Source: Candidatus Woesearchaeota archaeon
Lineage (GTDB): Archaea > Nanobdellota > Nanobdellia > Pacearchaeales > GW2011-AR1
Direction of reading: 5' to 3'
NCBI GenBank assembly: GCA_964514585.1
Contig: CAZETU010000004.1
Span: 1-64,000 of the forward strand
Length of the DNA: 64,000 bases
This document shows, piece by piece, positions 29,060 to 39,092 of this stretch; position 1 is the first letter of the stretch, and every line of letters begins with the position of its first letter. The position numbers and the translations under genes were made by a program. The notes below the pieces were generated by a model. The model was not told the DNA's origin, ran no database searches, and saw only the letters and a program-made list of their open reading frames with translations.

Positions 29060-29344
29060 ATGAACATAGAATACGCTATCTCTGAACTATCACAAGATTT
29101 ACTAATAAGAGGAGAAAATCATGCAAAAAAATCGTCTCAAAGAATTTATAATACAATCTTTGAAGAATACAAAGAAGAAAGAAGAATTATTGATTGTATC
29201 ATTATTCCTTGGGCAAGGGCTAATGGAGTTACATCCAAAGACGAAATAGAAGGAGCGTTTGAAGAAGCTGAAGACATAATAAATCGACTTAACGAATTTA
29301 ATGAAGATTGGCTCCGTCAATATTCAGAACACTGCCTCAATTAA
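29060..29344 (+). CDS. Hypothetical protein
   Basis: 94-aa ORF directly after the RHH gene. Confidence 0.55.
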   Translation: MNIEYAISELSQDLLIRGENHAKKSSQRIYNTIFEEYKEERRIIDCIIIPWARANGVTSKDEIEGAFEEAEDIINRLNEFNEDWLRQYSEHCLN

Positions 29345-30116
29345 TCCCTTCCCAAATCTCCAAACCCTTAGAAGAATCCAAAACAGGATCAGGACTCTCA
29401 CAAATTATCACAACATCTTTATCAATCCCCTTCAAAAAATTCAAAACACTTTCCCACTCACCCTTCTCAGTCAACTTATGCTTCCTCTCCCCCTTATCCC
29501 CATACTCAATCCCAGAAAAATGAACATGCCAGTTCTTACGAGAAAAAGCCTTCGCAATCGTCTCAAACTCATACTTCCCATACCGAGCCAAAACATGAGC
29601 AATATCAATACAAAAACTACACCCCGTCTCATCAACCAAATCAGCAACCTCATCAATCGAACCAAAAACATTAATCTTCCCCATCACCTCAGGACAAAGT
29701 TCAACATCCCAGCCATTCTTTCCAATAACTTTCATCATCTCCAAAATCCCTTTCTTGATATTAACACCAGCCTTCTCACTGTTCATATCAGAATAAAACC
29801 CCGGATGAAAAACAATACTCCTCGCCCCAAGATAATGCCCAATCTCACAAGACTTCAAAATCCTCTGTTTCGACGCCTCAATCTTCTCAGGCTCTTTAGA
29901 ATTCAAATTAACATAATACGGCGCATGAATCGACAAACTAATCCCCAATCTCTTCGCAGCTTTCCCAATCTCAACAGCATCATCCCTCTTAATATAAGCC
30001 TGCCTCACAAACAAAACCTCACAAGCCTTAAAACCCAACTCGGAATATCTCTCTAAATTAGAAATCGCATCTTTAACCGGCCCAATCCCCGTCGGACCAA
30101 AAATAATCTTTGACAT
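29337..30116 (-). CDS. nfo: Endonuclease IV-like TIM-barrel AP endonuclease
   Basis: SIHAPYYVNLNS, VFHPG, PEVMGK..FG, CIDIAH, HVHFSG, ICESP. Confidence 0.88.
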   Translation of the reverse strand: MSKIIFGPTGIGPVKDAISNLERYSELGFKACEVLFVRQAYIKRDDAVEIGKAAKRLGISLSIHAPYYVNLNSKEPEKIEASKQRILKSCEIGHYLGARSIVFHPGFYSDMNSEKAGVNIKKGILEMMKVIGKNGWDVELCPEVMGKINVFGSIDEVADLVDETGCSFCIDIAHVLARYGKYEFETIAKAFSRKNWHVHFSGIEYGDKGERKHKLTEKGEWESVLNFLKGIDKDVVIICESPDPVLDSSKGLEIWEGIN

Positions 30117-30601
30117 TAAGCCCCAGTCGAATTAATCTCAGGCACATCCAAAACTTCCAAATTAATCCGCCCCAAATTCTGAACGATATTAGCGTGCAAC
30201 CCCTTAATAATCAAATCCTGCAAACCTTCCTTCAGCTCCCCATGACAATTCCCAATATTACTCTCAGGAATCATAACAATCCCCTCCGGCAAACTACACA
30301 TCATTTCTTTATTCTCAAGCCTCAAAGAATCCTGATTATTCAACTGCCCCTGTAACAACCTCACATTAACTTTGCAAATTCCATCCTCATCACCGTCAAT
30401 ACGATATTCAAAAATCATTTCAGACTCACCAATAAAAGTCGCCCGATCACAACCCCCAAGATAATTGTTAAAACACTCCCAATCATTACACTCCGCATAA
30501 CTAAAAAAGAAAAACCAAATAATCCAAATCAAAATAACTAAAGACACCAAAAAAATAAACCACTTCAAATTAAAAATACTATTCTCCTTGCCCATCACCA
30601 T
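30116..30601 (-). CDS. Membrane-anchored Cys-containing hypothetical protein
   Basis: N-terminal TM, several Cys; start uncertain. Confidence 0.7.
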   Translation of the reverse strand: MVMGKENSIFNLKWFIFLVSLVILIWIIWFFFFSYAECNDWECFNNYLGGCDRATFIGESEMIFEYRIDGDEDGICKVNVRLLQGQLNNQDSLRLENKEMMCSLPEGIVMIPESNIGNCHGELKEGLQDLIIKGLHANIVQNLGRINLEVLDVPEINSTGA

Positions 30602-30639
30602 GAATAACAAACACCAACACGGTATATAAATATTATCAA

Positions 30640-31041
30640 TTATTTATTTTCTTTCAAAAAATTAACCAACTCATCAAGATCCTGAGCAACATAATCACAA
30701 ACAGCATCTAACCAACTAGAATATTGTCTAGTTTCATCAACTCTCAAAGCATATACTTTCTTTCCAAGGGCCTTCGCAAATCCAGCCTCAATATAAATTC
30801 CCCTTGTATCAGACAAAACTAAGATTAAAAATTCACAATCTTTTATAATTCTTTTTTGCTCCTCCCACACATCTTCCATACTCATATTCTGATGATGATG
30901 AGGAACGTAAACATCCAATCCAATTTCTTTTAATGCAGAAGCAATCTCATCATTCCTAGACAATTTCCAATCAGAAGACGACCAAACCCCTTTATCCTTA
31001 GGCTCCGTAGACCCAATCGGACTCGCCAAATATACAACCAT
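30640..31041 (-). CDS. Nucleoside 2-deoxyribosyltransferase-like protein
   Basis: VYLASP...VYVP...GIYIEAGFAKALGKKV. Confidence 0.7.
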   Translation of the reverse strand: MVVYLASPIGSTEPKDKGVWSSSDWKLSRNDEIASALKEIGLDVYVPHHHQNMSMEDVWEEQKRIIKDCEFLILVLSDTRGIYIEAGFAKALGKKVYALRVDETRQYSSWLDAVCDYVAQDLDELVNFLKENK

Positions 31042-31122
31042 AACAAATCAATAGTCGAAAAGCTATATAAAAGTTTTCAAAAAATAAAAAAAATAAAAAA
31101 AGGTCAATAAGACCCAATAAAT

Positions 31123-32292
31123 TTACAAAGAAACTAATTGTATCTTCGTCTCTGGAATCTTTCCAAATGTCTTAGCTGCAACAGCTCTAGAGCCTAACTT
31201 CTCCGCTCCTTGAATAACAGCGCCAGTAGCACTGCCAACCATCAATACAAAAGCTTCCTTCGCGTTAACAGAATCAAGTCTCGAAGCAGGAACATTCTTA
31301 ACAACTTCCAATTCGTCGTTCAAAACCAAAACGTTCTTACCCTTAATCTCAGGGGCAAGCTCTCTCAGCTTCGAAATATCGCTATCGTTCAATTCTCTTC
31401 GAACAACATCTTCAGCCGGCTCAGAATCAAATCTAGGCTTACGTTCAAATTTCTTTGAACGGTCCTCACCCTTACCTAAAAAAACTCTAGCAGGAACTTT
31501 CTTCCTCAATGCCTGCAATAATTCTTTTCCAGCAAGTTCTTCAACTTCCTTTCCGTCTGGAGCCTGCGCGATATAAACAACCTTAGCGTTGTCACAAACA
31601 TTCTTTGCAATCAAATTTCCGCCTCGGTCGCCATCAACAAATAAAGTTAATTCTTTAGTTTCCCCAAGCTTCGTAATCGTCTTCGGAAACTTTGTTCCTT
31701 GCATACCAATAACATTCTTAATCCCATGTTTCAACATGTTAATAACATCTGCTCGACCTTCACAAACAATCAATTCTTTCTCATTGTCAATATCAGGACC
31801 TGCCGCCAAACCTTCCGGACCGTATTCAACAGCCTTAGAAACTCTATTAGATTCCCTAAGTTCAGTTTCCATTTCTGTAGAATCCATACCCTCGTTCTTA
31901 ATTCCAGCCAGCAAAGCTTTCGCTCTCTCCATGATATAATCCCGCTTCGAACCTCTAACATCACTAATATCTCTAATAGTAATCTTAGCGTCGGTAGGAC
32001 CAATCTTATCAATCGTTTCCAAAGAAGCCGCAATTATCGTAGTCTCGGTTTTATCCAATGCAGACGGAATCGTAATCTCTCCAGTTGTCTTGCCACCCTC
32101 GGTAACCAAATCAACTTCGATACGACCAACTTTTCCTTCTTTTTGAAGTTCCCTCAGTTCCATGTCGCTGCCAAGCAAACCCTCGGTCTGCCCAAACAAA
32201 GCGCCAATAACATCAGGTTTCTGGAACGGACCATCCGCTACGAAATCAGCTATAATCGAATATTTTATCGACGTTGGACTAATTTTTGCCAT
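31123..32292 (-). CDS. dnaG: Archaeal DnaG-type TOPRIM primase
   Basis: KPDVIGALFGQTEGLLG, VCEGRADV, FVDGDRGG, KEVEEL. Confidence 0.93.
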   Translation of the reverse strand: MAKISPTSIKYSIIADFVADGPFQKPDVIGALFGQTEGLLGSDMELRELQKEGKVGRIEVDLVTEGGKTTGEITIPSALDKTETTIIAASLETIDKIGPTDAKITIRDISDVRGSKRDYIMERAKALLAGIKNEGMDSTEMETELRESNRVSKAVEYGPEGLAAGPDIDNEKELIVCEGRADVINMLKHGIKNVIGMQGTKFPKTITKLGETKELTLFVDGDRGGNLIAKNVCDNAKVVYIAQAPDGKEVEELAGKELLQALRKKVPARVFLGKGEDRSKKFERKPRFDSEPAEDVVRRELNDSDISKLRELAPEIKGKNVLVLNDELEVVKNVPASRLDSVNAKEAFVLMVGSATGAVIQGAEKLGSRAVAAKTFGKIPETKIQLVSL

Positions 32293-32574
32293 ACTTTATT
32301 TTCTCCTATTTAGTTCATTAGAAATAACCTATTCTTTGCTCTTCTAAAGCCACTCGTGAATGTGAATGTGATAATCGTAATACTGATACCCTAAAGGCCA
32401 TCTCTAACAAATATCAAAGCAATTTTCGCTTTTTAAAACTTACTATCCAAAGAAAGCATTAAAAAAAATAAACAATCCCCTTTAAATTCTTTTAGATTCT
32501 CGACAAAACAGAAAATTTTACACAAATCTTTATAAACTTTCTAAGTCAAAAAAGTTTAAATAAAAGAGGGTAAA

Positions 32575-32649
32575 ATGGAACTCAACGAAGATAACAACCT
32601 TGAAACCGAAGAATTCGACGATAAGGAAGAACTCGGAGATGAGCAATAA
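32575..32649 (+). CDS. 24-aa hyperacidic micropeptide 1
   Basis: MELNEDNNLETEEFDDKEELGDEQ*; GAGGG SD and TTTAAATA/TTTATAAA boxes upstream. Confidence 0.55.
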   Translation: MELNEDNNLETEEFDDKEELGDEQ

Positions 32650-32658
32650 CCCAAAAAC

Positions 32659-32733
32659 ATGAGTGTAGAAGAAGACTTAAACAAAGAACATGCAGACATC
32701 GATAGCATGGATGTCACAGAAGATTTAGACTAA
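32659..32733 (+). CDS. 24-aa hyperacidic micropeptide 2
   Basis: MSVEEDLNKEHADIDSMDVTEDLD*; immediately followed by a long T-tract. Confidence 0.55.
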   Translation: MSVEEDLNKEHADIDSMDVTEDLD

Positions 32734-32735
32734 AC

Positions 32736-32767
32736 TTTTTTTTATTTTTTTATTTTTTTATTTTTTT
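32736..32767 (+). terminator. Long T-rich tract (archaeal terminator-like)
   Basis: Runs of 6-8 T separated by single A, after micropeptide 2. Confidence 0.65.
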
Positions 32768-33329
32768 AAATCCCCTCTAATAACTTTGCCTCTCTAAACA
32801 TTCCAAGCGCCTTATACGTCGTCAGTAACCTATCCTTAATCATCATCTTCTCCATATCATCCAAATTCATCTTAATCAACTTCTCATAAAACTTCGTCGC
32901 CCCAGCCTTCTTACCCTTATTCTCAAACTCCTTCGCAAAAACAACATAAATATTCTTCCGCGCCAACTTCACCTTAGACCTCTGTTCAACATTAGCATCC
33001 CGACTCGCCCGAATAAACATCTCATCAGCCTCGTCAACCTTACCCATCCTAGCAAACAACTCAGCCGCCACTAAATGACTATCAATCTTATCCTTAAGCG
33101 TCACCTCGACCGCCGCCTTATTCCCCATCGCCTTAGCCGCCCTGTCATACATTTTCCTCTCAGCATAAAGCCCAGCCAACTCACCCCACAAAAATCGCTT
33201 AATCTCATAACTAAAACCTGACTCCTTCAACGCCGACTCCAAATACATTATCTTATTCAAAATCGTATTCATAGAAGCCAGCTTACCCTCAATTTCCTCA
33301 ATACTCCGCTCCCTAACTTGAACACCCAT
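32766..33329 (-). CDS. TPR-like helical protein
   Basis: Repeated LAGLYAERKMYDRAA / AAELFARMGKVDEAD helices. Confidence 0.7.
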   Translation of the reverse strand: MGVQVRERSIEEIEGKLASMNTILNKIMYLESALKESGFSYEIKRFLWGELAGLYAERKMYDRAAKAMGNKAAVEVTLKDKIDSHLVAAELFARMGKVDEADEMFIRASRDANVEQRSKVKLARKNIYVVFAKEFENKGKKAGATKFYEKLIKMNLDDMEKMMIKDRLLTTYKALGMFREAKLLEGI

Positions 33330-33375
33330 AATAAAAAAAGCTTCTCCGACTTTTTAAGAATTTATATGATTCATA

Positions 33376-33675
33376 TCAACGAGGCAACTTCAAAGAAATC
33401 TCATCGGGCAAACACTCAAGGCCCATGCCATTAAACTCCCAGCCATCCTCTCCACTCAAAACTTCCATAGGATCAACCTTTTTTTGTTCCTGATTATAGA
33501 GCTCACCCTCTAAACCCAAACCAAACCTCAGCTCATCTCCAGCCATTCTACCATAATCATAAGTCCTAAATCCCTGACCAGGCCTCAACCTACCAGATTC
33601 AAGTCGTTCATAAAACTCATTTGATCCATGGAACAAGCCCTCTTCCGAAACAAGAAACCGAGGTAAATCTCCCAT
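33376..33675 (-). CDS. Hypothetical protein
   Basis: 99-aa ORF with its own TATA-like box. Confidence 0.55.
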   Translation of the reverse strand: MGDLPRFLVSEEGLFHGSNEFYERLESGRLRPGQGFRTYDYGRMAGDELRFGLGLEGELYNQEQKKVDPMEVLSGEDGWEFNGMGLECLPDEISLKLPR

Positions 33676-33812
33676 AACAAAAATTATACTAACGACTTTT
33701 TAAAAATTTATACACTTACAGCTCACATCAATAAAATAAAAACATTTTTACCCTCAGGGATTTTACCCCCGAAGGATTTTAATTATAAAAATAAAAAAAT
33801 AAAGTTGTAAAA

Positions 33813-35099
33813 TTACAACTTCTTTTCAACAAGAGATTTACAAACGCCTGCCGCAACTGTAACACCAGCGTCTCGGATAGCGAATCTCGCCATGTATGGA
33901 TTATCTGTAACAGATTCCATAACTAGATTTCCGATCGGTTTGATCTTAACAATAGCAACATCCCCATTCTTCAAAAAGTCTGGGTTCTCTTCAGAGACTT
34001 GTCCGCTTGCAGGGTCCAACTTAGCCTTAAGTTCCACGAATTGACATGGGACTTGAGCTGTGTGAACATGGAAAACTGGTGTGTAACCTTTAGCGATTAC
34101 TGTTGGGTGGTTGATAACAGCAATTTGTGCTTCAAACTCTTCAACAATCTTAGCCGGGTTAGCAGCATCACAAATAACGTCGCCTCGAGCCATGTCTTTC
34201 TTACCAACACCTCGGATGTTGATACCGACATTGTCTCCAGCTTCGCCTTCTTTTAACTGCTCATGGTGAGCTTCGATAGATCGAACTTCACCTGCAATTC
34301 CAGTTCCAGATCGTCCTGGTAATACGATAACCTTTTGACCGATTTTCATAATTCCAGTTTCAATCTTTCCTACAGGAACAGTACCAATACCCGTGATATC
34401 ATAGACATCTTGGATTGGCATTCTCATCGGTAAAGTAGTTGGTTTTTCTGGTGCAGGGAACTTATCAATCTGTTCTAGAACAGTTGGTCCTTTGTACCAT
34501 GCTATATTCTCGCTTCTCTTAGCCATGTTGTCGCCCATAAGAGCGGAACCTGCGATAAACGGAGTTTCGTCAGGATTGTATCCAGCTTGTTTAATAACAA
34601 CCTTTACATCCTCAACAGCCTTATTGTACTTAGTCTCATCATACTTAACAACGTCCATTTTATTAATAAGAACTGCAATGTTTTTTACACCCATAGTTCG
34701 AAGTAACCAAACGTGTTCTTTTGTCTGAGGTTGTACACCGTCTTCGCATCCAACAACTAAGAAGGCAGCATCTGCTTGCGAAGCACCTGTGATCATGTTT
34801 TTAACAAAATCCTTATGTCCTGGTGCATCAATAATTGTAACTTCATAATTCTGAGTAACAAGCTTCTTGTAAGACAAGTTAATAGTAACTCCTCTTTCTC
34901 GCTCTTCCTTCAGATTATCAGTAAAATAAGCAAACTCAAATCCTGCTTTACCGTGTTTCTCTGCTTCTTCCTTGAACTTCTTCATTTCCTGATCGGAAAT
35001 AGCTCCGCCTTCAAAGAATACTCTACCAACTGCGGTAGACTTTCCCTGATCGACGTGCCCAACGAAGACAACATTCATTCCTGGTTTTTCTTTAGCCAT
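33813..35099 (-). CDS. tuf: Translation elongation factor EF-1 alpha
   Basis: GHVDQGKST, ERERGVTI, DAPGHKDFVKNMITG, NKMD. Confidence 0.97.
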   Translation of the reverse strand: MAKEKPGMNVVFVGHVDQGKSTAVGRVFFEGGAISDQEMKKFKEEAEKHGKAGFEFAYFTDNLKEERERGVTINLSYKKLVTQNYEVTIIDAPGHKDFVKNMITGASQADAAFLVVGCEDGVQPQTKEHVWLLRTMGVKNIAVLINKMDVVKYDETKYNKAVEDVKVVIKQAGYNPDETPFIAGSALMGDNMAKRSENIAWYKGPTVLEQIDKFPAPEKPTTLPMRMPIQDVYDITGIGTVPVGKIETGIMKIGQKVIVLPGRSGTGIAGEVRSIEAHHEQLKEGEAGDNVGINIRGVGKKDMARGDVICDAANPAKIVEEFEAQIAVINHPTVIAKGYTPVFHVHTAQVPCQFVELKAKLDPASGQVSEENPDFLKNGDVAIVKIKPIGNLVMESVTDNPYMARFAIRDAGVTVAAGVCKSLVEKKL

Positions 35100-35228
35100 T
35101 TTCTAATTTTTTTAATTTAGTTAGTTTTATTTAGTCCTCGAAGATAAATCCCTCCGAAAGACATAAAATATGATATTAAAATCGGTTTTTAAGGGTTGTG
35201 GTTGGATATCTCATTGAGTACATTAAAA

Positions 35229-35702
35229 TTACAAACAACATATTCTTGCAGGTTGTACATCTCCCATTAACACATAAACAGAATAATGATTATCCTTAGC
35301 ATCAACACAATATTTTCTCCTTACCTCTCCAGCCTTATTACTTTTACCATAAGGACTATAACGAATTCTTGAATCACTTTTTTTATTACCTGGCGCACCT
35401 TCCCAAGTATCATTTAATTCACTATCTTCAACCCTTTCTTGACTCCCTTTTACACAAGTAACGACAACAAACTCTCCACTCTCCAAGGCTTTTCCCCTGA
35501 AAAAAGCAGTATTAACAACATCGCCAGATAAATCCTCAAGGCTACGCCGAACCGCTCCTTCAAACAACTCAAACCTCCTCTGACGTTCTATTGCAATTGA
35601 ATACGCACCTAAAAGATTCTTTACAGTTGTCATTTTATCTTTGCCATTTCTTAATTTATCAGAACTCTTATTCCCTTTCGGATAAAAAAACACAGTAATC
35701 AT
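35229..35702 (-). CDS. Orphan protein inserted between fusA and tuf
   Basis: 157-aa ORF, no recognised motif. Confidence 0.55.
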   Translation of the reverse strand: MITVFFYPKGNKSSDKLRNGKDKMTTVKNLLGAYSIAIERQRRFELFEGAVRRSLEDLSGDVVNTAFFRGKALESGEFVVVTCVKGSQERVEDSELNDTWEGAPGNKKSDSRIRYSPYGKSNKAGEVRRKYCVDAKDNHYSVYVLMGDVQPARICCL

Positions 35703-35726
35703 AATTTATAAAATTTGCTATTTCCC

Positions 35727-35831
35727 AATTTTTGATTCTTTTTAGAGTTAGACGAGGCGTGAGGTTGCGCAGTGTGCTCACGCACATAAGCATTTTCACA
35801 ACAAAGTATAAACTAAAAAGAATCAAAAATT
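35727..35831. repeat. 105-bp element with 19-bp perfect terminal inverted repeats and an internal GC stem
   Basis: AATTTTTGATTCTTTTTAG (35727-35745) is the reverse complement of 35813-35831; GCGTGAG/CTCACGC at 35757-35763 and 35777-35783. Confidence 0.85.
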
Positions 35832-38001
35832 ATTGGTTTTCGGAAAGTCCTTTCCTATCCCTAATCTGCTTGATAATCTTAACCTGCAATTCATTAGGCA
35901 ATTTCTTAAAACTCTGACTAACCAACGAAGAAACTCCTCGACCACCAGTAGTACTTCTAAGGTCACTAGTCCATCCAATCATTTCCTGAACCGGAAGCTC
36001 TGCCCTAATCGTAACACCAGTTTCATCCTGCTGAACATCAACTAAAGTTCCTCTCTTTGTAGAAACTAAACTCGTCACAGCACCCATATACTCTGTAGGC
36101 GCCTCAATCTGATGAACCTGAACAGGCTCATAAATAGTCGGAACAGCCTTAGCAAAAGCGGCTCGAAGACCTTCTCTAATCGCAGGGTATACCTGAGCAG
36201 GACCCCTATGAATCGCGTCCTCATGCAACTTCAAATCAACCAAAGAAACCTTCAACTTCAAAGTCGGCTCCCTAGCCAAAGGACCGCTCTTCATAACTTC
36301 TTCAAAACTATCCAAAACCAACTCGATAACTTCACCAATATGGACCTCACCCTTAGTCTTATCCAAGAAAACATTCCCATTAAAAATATCCCTATATTGC
36401 TGAGCCTCATCTCTAGAAATCCCAAGACCAACCAAAGTCTCATCAAGCGCTTTGTCCTTCTTCTTAATCCTACCTCTTGGCAAAGTACCATCAGCAACAG
36501 CCTCGACAATCGCATCCTCCAAAGGCTCAACCGTCATAAAGAAACTATTATGCTTATTCGGAGACCTACCCTCAGCAGGATCAGAAGTCTTTGCAACCGA
36601 TTCCCTATAAACAATAATCGGAGGTCCCATTTCAATCTCAAGCCCCTTCTCTGTCTTAATCCTATTCTCAATAATCTCCAAATGCAACTCCCCCATACCA
36701 GACATCAAAGATTCCCCAGTCTCCTCATTAATCTCAATCCGAAGGCTAGGATCTTCCTTTCCAACCTGTCTCAATGTCTCAATCAACTTAGGCAAATCAG
36801 CAGTCTTCTTAGCAGCAATAGACTTTGTAACAACCGGTTCAAACAAATGACTAATCGCTTCAAATGGCTCAATTGGATTCTTACTAACAGTCTCACCAAC
36901 AACGACATCCCTCAACCCAACAATACCAACAATATTACCCGCAACAACCTCGTCAAGCTGAACCCTATTCGCACCCTTGTAAATCGAAACCTGCTGCGCC
37001 CGAACATTAGTCCCTGCAATATTCATATACAACTCATCACCCTGTTTAATCGTCCCACCAAACAATCTACCAGCAGCAACCTCACCAGCATGAGGATCAA
37101 TCACAATCTTAATCGGAACAAAAGCAACCTCACCCTTAATATTACAACTCGTTAAATCCTTCCCAGCCTGACTCTCCAAGTCACCATGCCAAATCTTAGG
37201 AATCCTATAAGCCTGAGCAGTCACAGGATCAGGATGGTTATTAACAACCATAGAAAGAATAACCTCATGAATTGGAGCCTTCTTCGCCAAAATCTTATAT
37301 TCTTCCCCACCTGCCTCATAAGCATCAATAATTTCTTTAAAACTAATACCATGCTTTTGCATATACGGAATCGAAAGAGCCCAATTGTGAAAAGCACTAC
37401 CAAACGCAACCGAGCCATCAGCGACGCTAACTTGCCACTTCTGCTTATAATCAGGCTCAGCAATCTCAGCAATCAACTTATTCACCGAATTAATAATATC
37501 AATAAATCTCTTCTGCATTTCCTCAGGAGTCAACTTAACTTCCCTAATCAAACGGTCAACCTTATTGATAAACAAAATAGGCCTAACTCTTTCCTTCAAA
37601 GCCTGTCGAAGAACAGTCTCAGTCTGAGGCATAATCCCTTCACTAGCACAACTCAAAACAATCGCACCGTCCACTGCCCTCATAGCTCGTGTAACATCAC
37701 CACCAAAATCAACATGCCCAGGTGTATCAATTAAGTTAATCAAATAATCCTGGCCATCAACAGTATGAACCATAGAAACTGAAGCCGAATCAATAGTAAT
37801 CCCCCTCTCCGCCTCATCATCATGAAAATCCAAAGTCCTAGCCTTTCCAGCCAAAGCCTCACTCATCATCCCAGCACCAGCCAACAAATTATCAGAAAAC
37901 GTCGTCTTACCATGATCGATGTGCGCACAAATAGCAATATTCCGAATATGCGTCGGATCATTCTGCAATTCCTTAACTTTAGTAGTCATATCTGCCATCA
38001 T
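35830..38001 (-). CDS. fusA: Translation elongation factor EF-2
   Basis: AHIDHGKTT, ERGITI, DTPGHVDF, NKVD; diphthamide loop EDAIHRGPAQ. Confidence 0.97.
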   Translation of the reverse strand: MMADMTTKVKELQNDPTHIRNIAICAHIDHGKTTFSDNLLAGAGMMSEALAGKARTLDFHDDEAERGITIDSASVSMVHTVDGQDYLINLIDTPGHVDFGGDVTRAMRAVDGAIVLSCASEGIMPQTETVLRQALKERVRPILFINKVDRLIREVKLTPEEMQKRFIDIINSVNKLIAEIAEPDYKQKWQVSVADGSVAFGSAFHNWALSIPYMQKHGISFKEIIDAYEAGGEEYKILAKKAPIHEVILSMVVNNHPDPVTAQAYRIPKIWHGDLESQAGKDLTSCNIKGEVAFVPIKIVIDPHAGEVAAGRLFGGTIKQGDELYMNIAGTNVRAQQVSIYKGANRVQLDEVVAGNIVGIVGLRDVVVGETVSKNPIEPFEAISHLFEPVVTKSIAAKKTADLPKLIETLRQVGKEDPSLRIEINEETGESLMSGMGELHLEIIENRIKTEKGLEIEMGPPIIVYRESVAKTSDPAEGRSPNKHNSFFMTVEPLEDAIVEAVADGTLPRGRIKKKDKALDETLVGLGISRDEAQQYRDIFNGNVFLDKTKGEVHIGEVIELVLDSFEEVMKSGPLAREPTLKLKVSLVDLKLHEDAIHRGPAQVYPAIREGLRAAFAKAVPTIYEPVQVHQIEAPTEYMGAVTSLVSTKRGTLVDVQQDETGVTIRAELPVQEMIGWTSDLRSTTGGRGVSSLVSQSFKKLPNELQVKIIKQIRDRKGLSENQ

Positions 38002-38070
38002 AATTAATTGAAAAAACGGTTTATAAAAGTTTGCCTTCCAAAATCAAAAATCACCGTCGAGCATTTAATA

Positions 38071-38439
38071 TCACCAATAACTATGACGAAGAGGACTTAT
38101 TTCATACCCAAAATGCTTTTTGTAAAGACCAATCATCTCTTTCTCCTTTAAAGAAGCAACGCTATGAAAAGATCCACGCAACCAACTATCTCCCCTATCA
38201 TATAAGGAATCGTCATCCGTTGAACTTGAAGACGATCTCCTAGAATCCCTATGAGAATCTAAAACCATTGTACCTCCAAACAAAGCAACCATATTGCCTC
38301 TTATGCCAAATTCATCTTGATGGGCATCAGAACAAAAATGAGCTTCCACAATCTTACCCTTTCGACCAGCATAATTAACAGAACAATCTTTTGAACCCGG
38401 CGCTCCACAATAACATTTATCAATAACTCTAGTTGTCAT
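38071..38439 (-). CDS. Orphan Cys/His-containing protein inserted between rps7 and fusA
   Basis: CYC...C...HFCSDAH possible Zn site. Confidence 0.55.
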   Translation of the reverse strand: MTTRVIDKCYCGAPGSKDCSVNYAGRKGKIVEAHFCSDAHQDEFGIRGNMVALFGGTMVLDSHRDSRRSSSSSTDDDSLYDRGDSWLRGSFHSVASLKEKEMIGLYKKHFGYEISPLRHSYW

Positions 38440-38493
38440 AAACAAACCAATAAGAAACCTTCTTTATAAAAATAATTATCCTAAAGAACACAC

Positions 38494-39090
38494 TTAACGA
38501 GCAGCATCAGCCTGCTTCTCCGCATCATTCTTCTTAGAAACAGCATAGCTCTCAGAACTACCTTCAGCCGCCAACATTATCTCCTTTGCCAAAGCCTCAA
38601 CAATCGTAGCCTTCTTATTAAAAGCCTTATCATAAGAACCATTAATAATATACCGAAGAACCAAATTCAATCTTCTCCGTGGAGAAACATCAACTGCCTG
38701 CGGATATCTAGCTCCACCATACTCAATAGAAGTAACCTCATCCCGCGGTGCCCCATTTTCAACAGCCTTAACAAAAACCTTCAAAGGATTCTCACCAGTC
38801 TTCTCCTCGATAATCTTAAACGCATCAATCACAATACCAGTACACCGAGTATGCTTCCCCGTAATCCACCCAGTAATAATCCTATGCTTCTTCCCTCTAC
38901 TACCAGGAACCTGCAACAAATTTACCAACCTCTCAACAACATTAACCTTCGCCCTCGTCGGATCCCACTTAATCCTACCATGAGACTTCAACATCAACTT
39001 CGCATTCAAATTAATAACCTTCTTCAAACCAGGATCCTCAACCCTAACCTCAGAAGCATCAAATAAACCAAAAACCTTCATTTGTACCAT
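38494..39090 (-). CDS. rps7: 30S ribosomal protein S7 (uS7)
   Basis: ENGAPRDE...YGGARYPQAVDVSP.RR, KQADAAR. Confidence 0.95.
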   Translation of the reverse strand: MVQMKVFGLFDASEVRVEDPGLKKVINLNAKLMLKSHGRIKWDPTRAKVNVVERLVNLLQVPGSRGKKHRIITGWITGKHTRCTGIVIDAFKIIEEKTGENPLKVFVKAVENGAPRDEVTSIEYGGARYPQAVDVSPRRRLNLVLRYIINGSYDKAFNKKATIVEALAKEIMLAAEGSSESYAVSKKNDAEKQADAAR

Positions 39091-39092
39091 AA

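Noticed and set aside
33746-33781. Short imperfect tandem repeat TTTTACCC..GGA after tuf
   Set aside because: Two imperfect copies only; probably part of a terminator region, not a CRISPR or iteron array.
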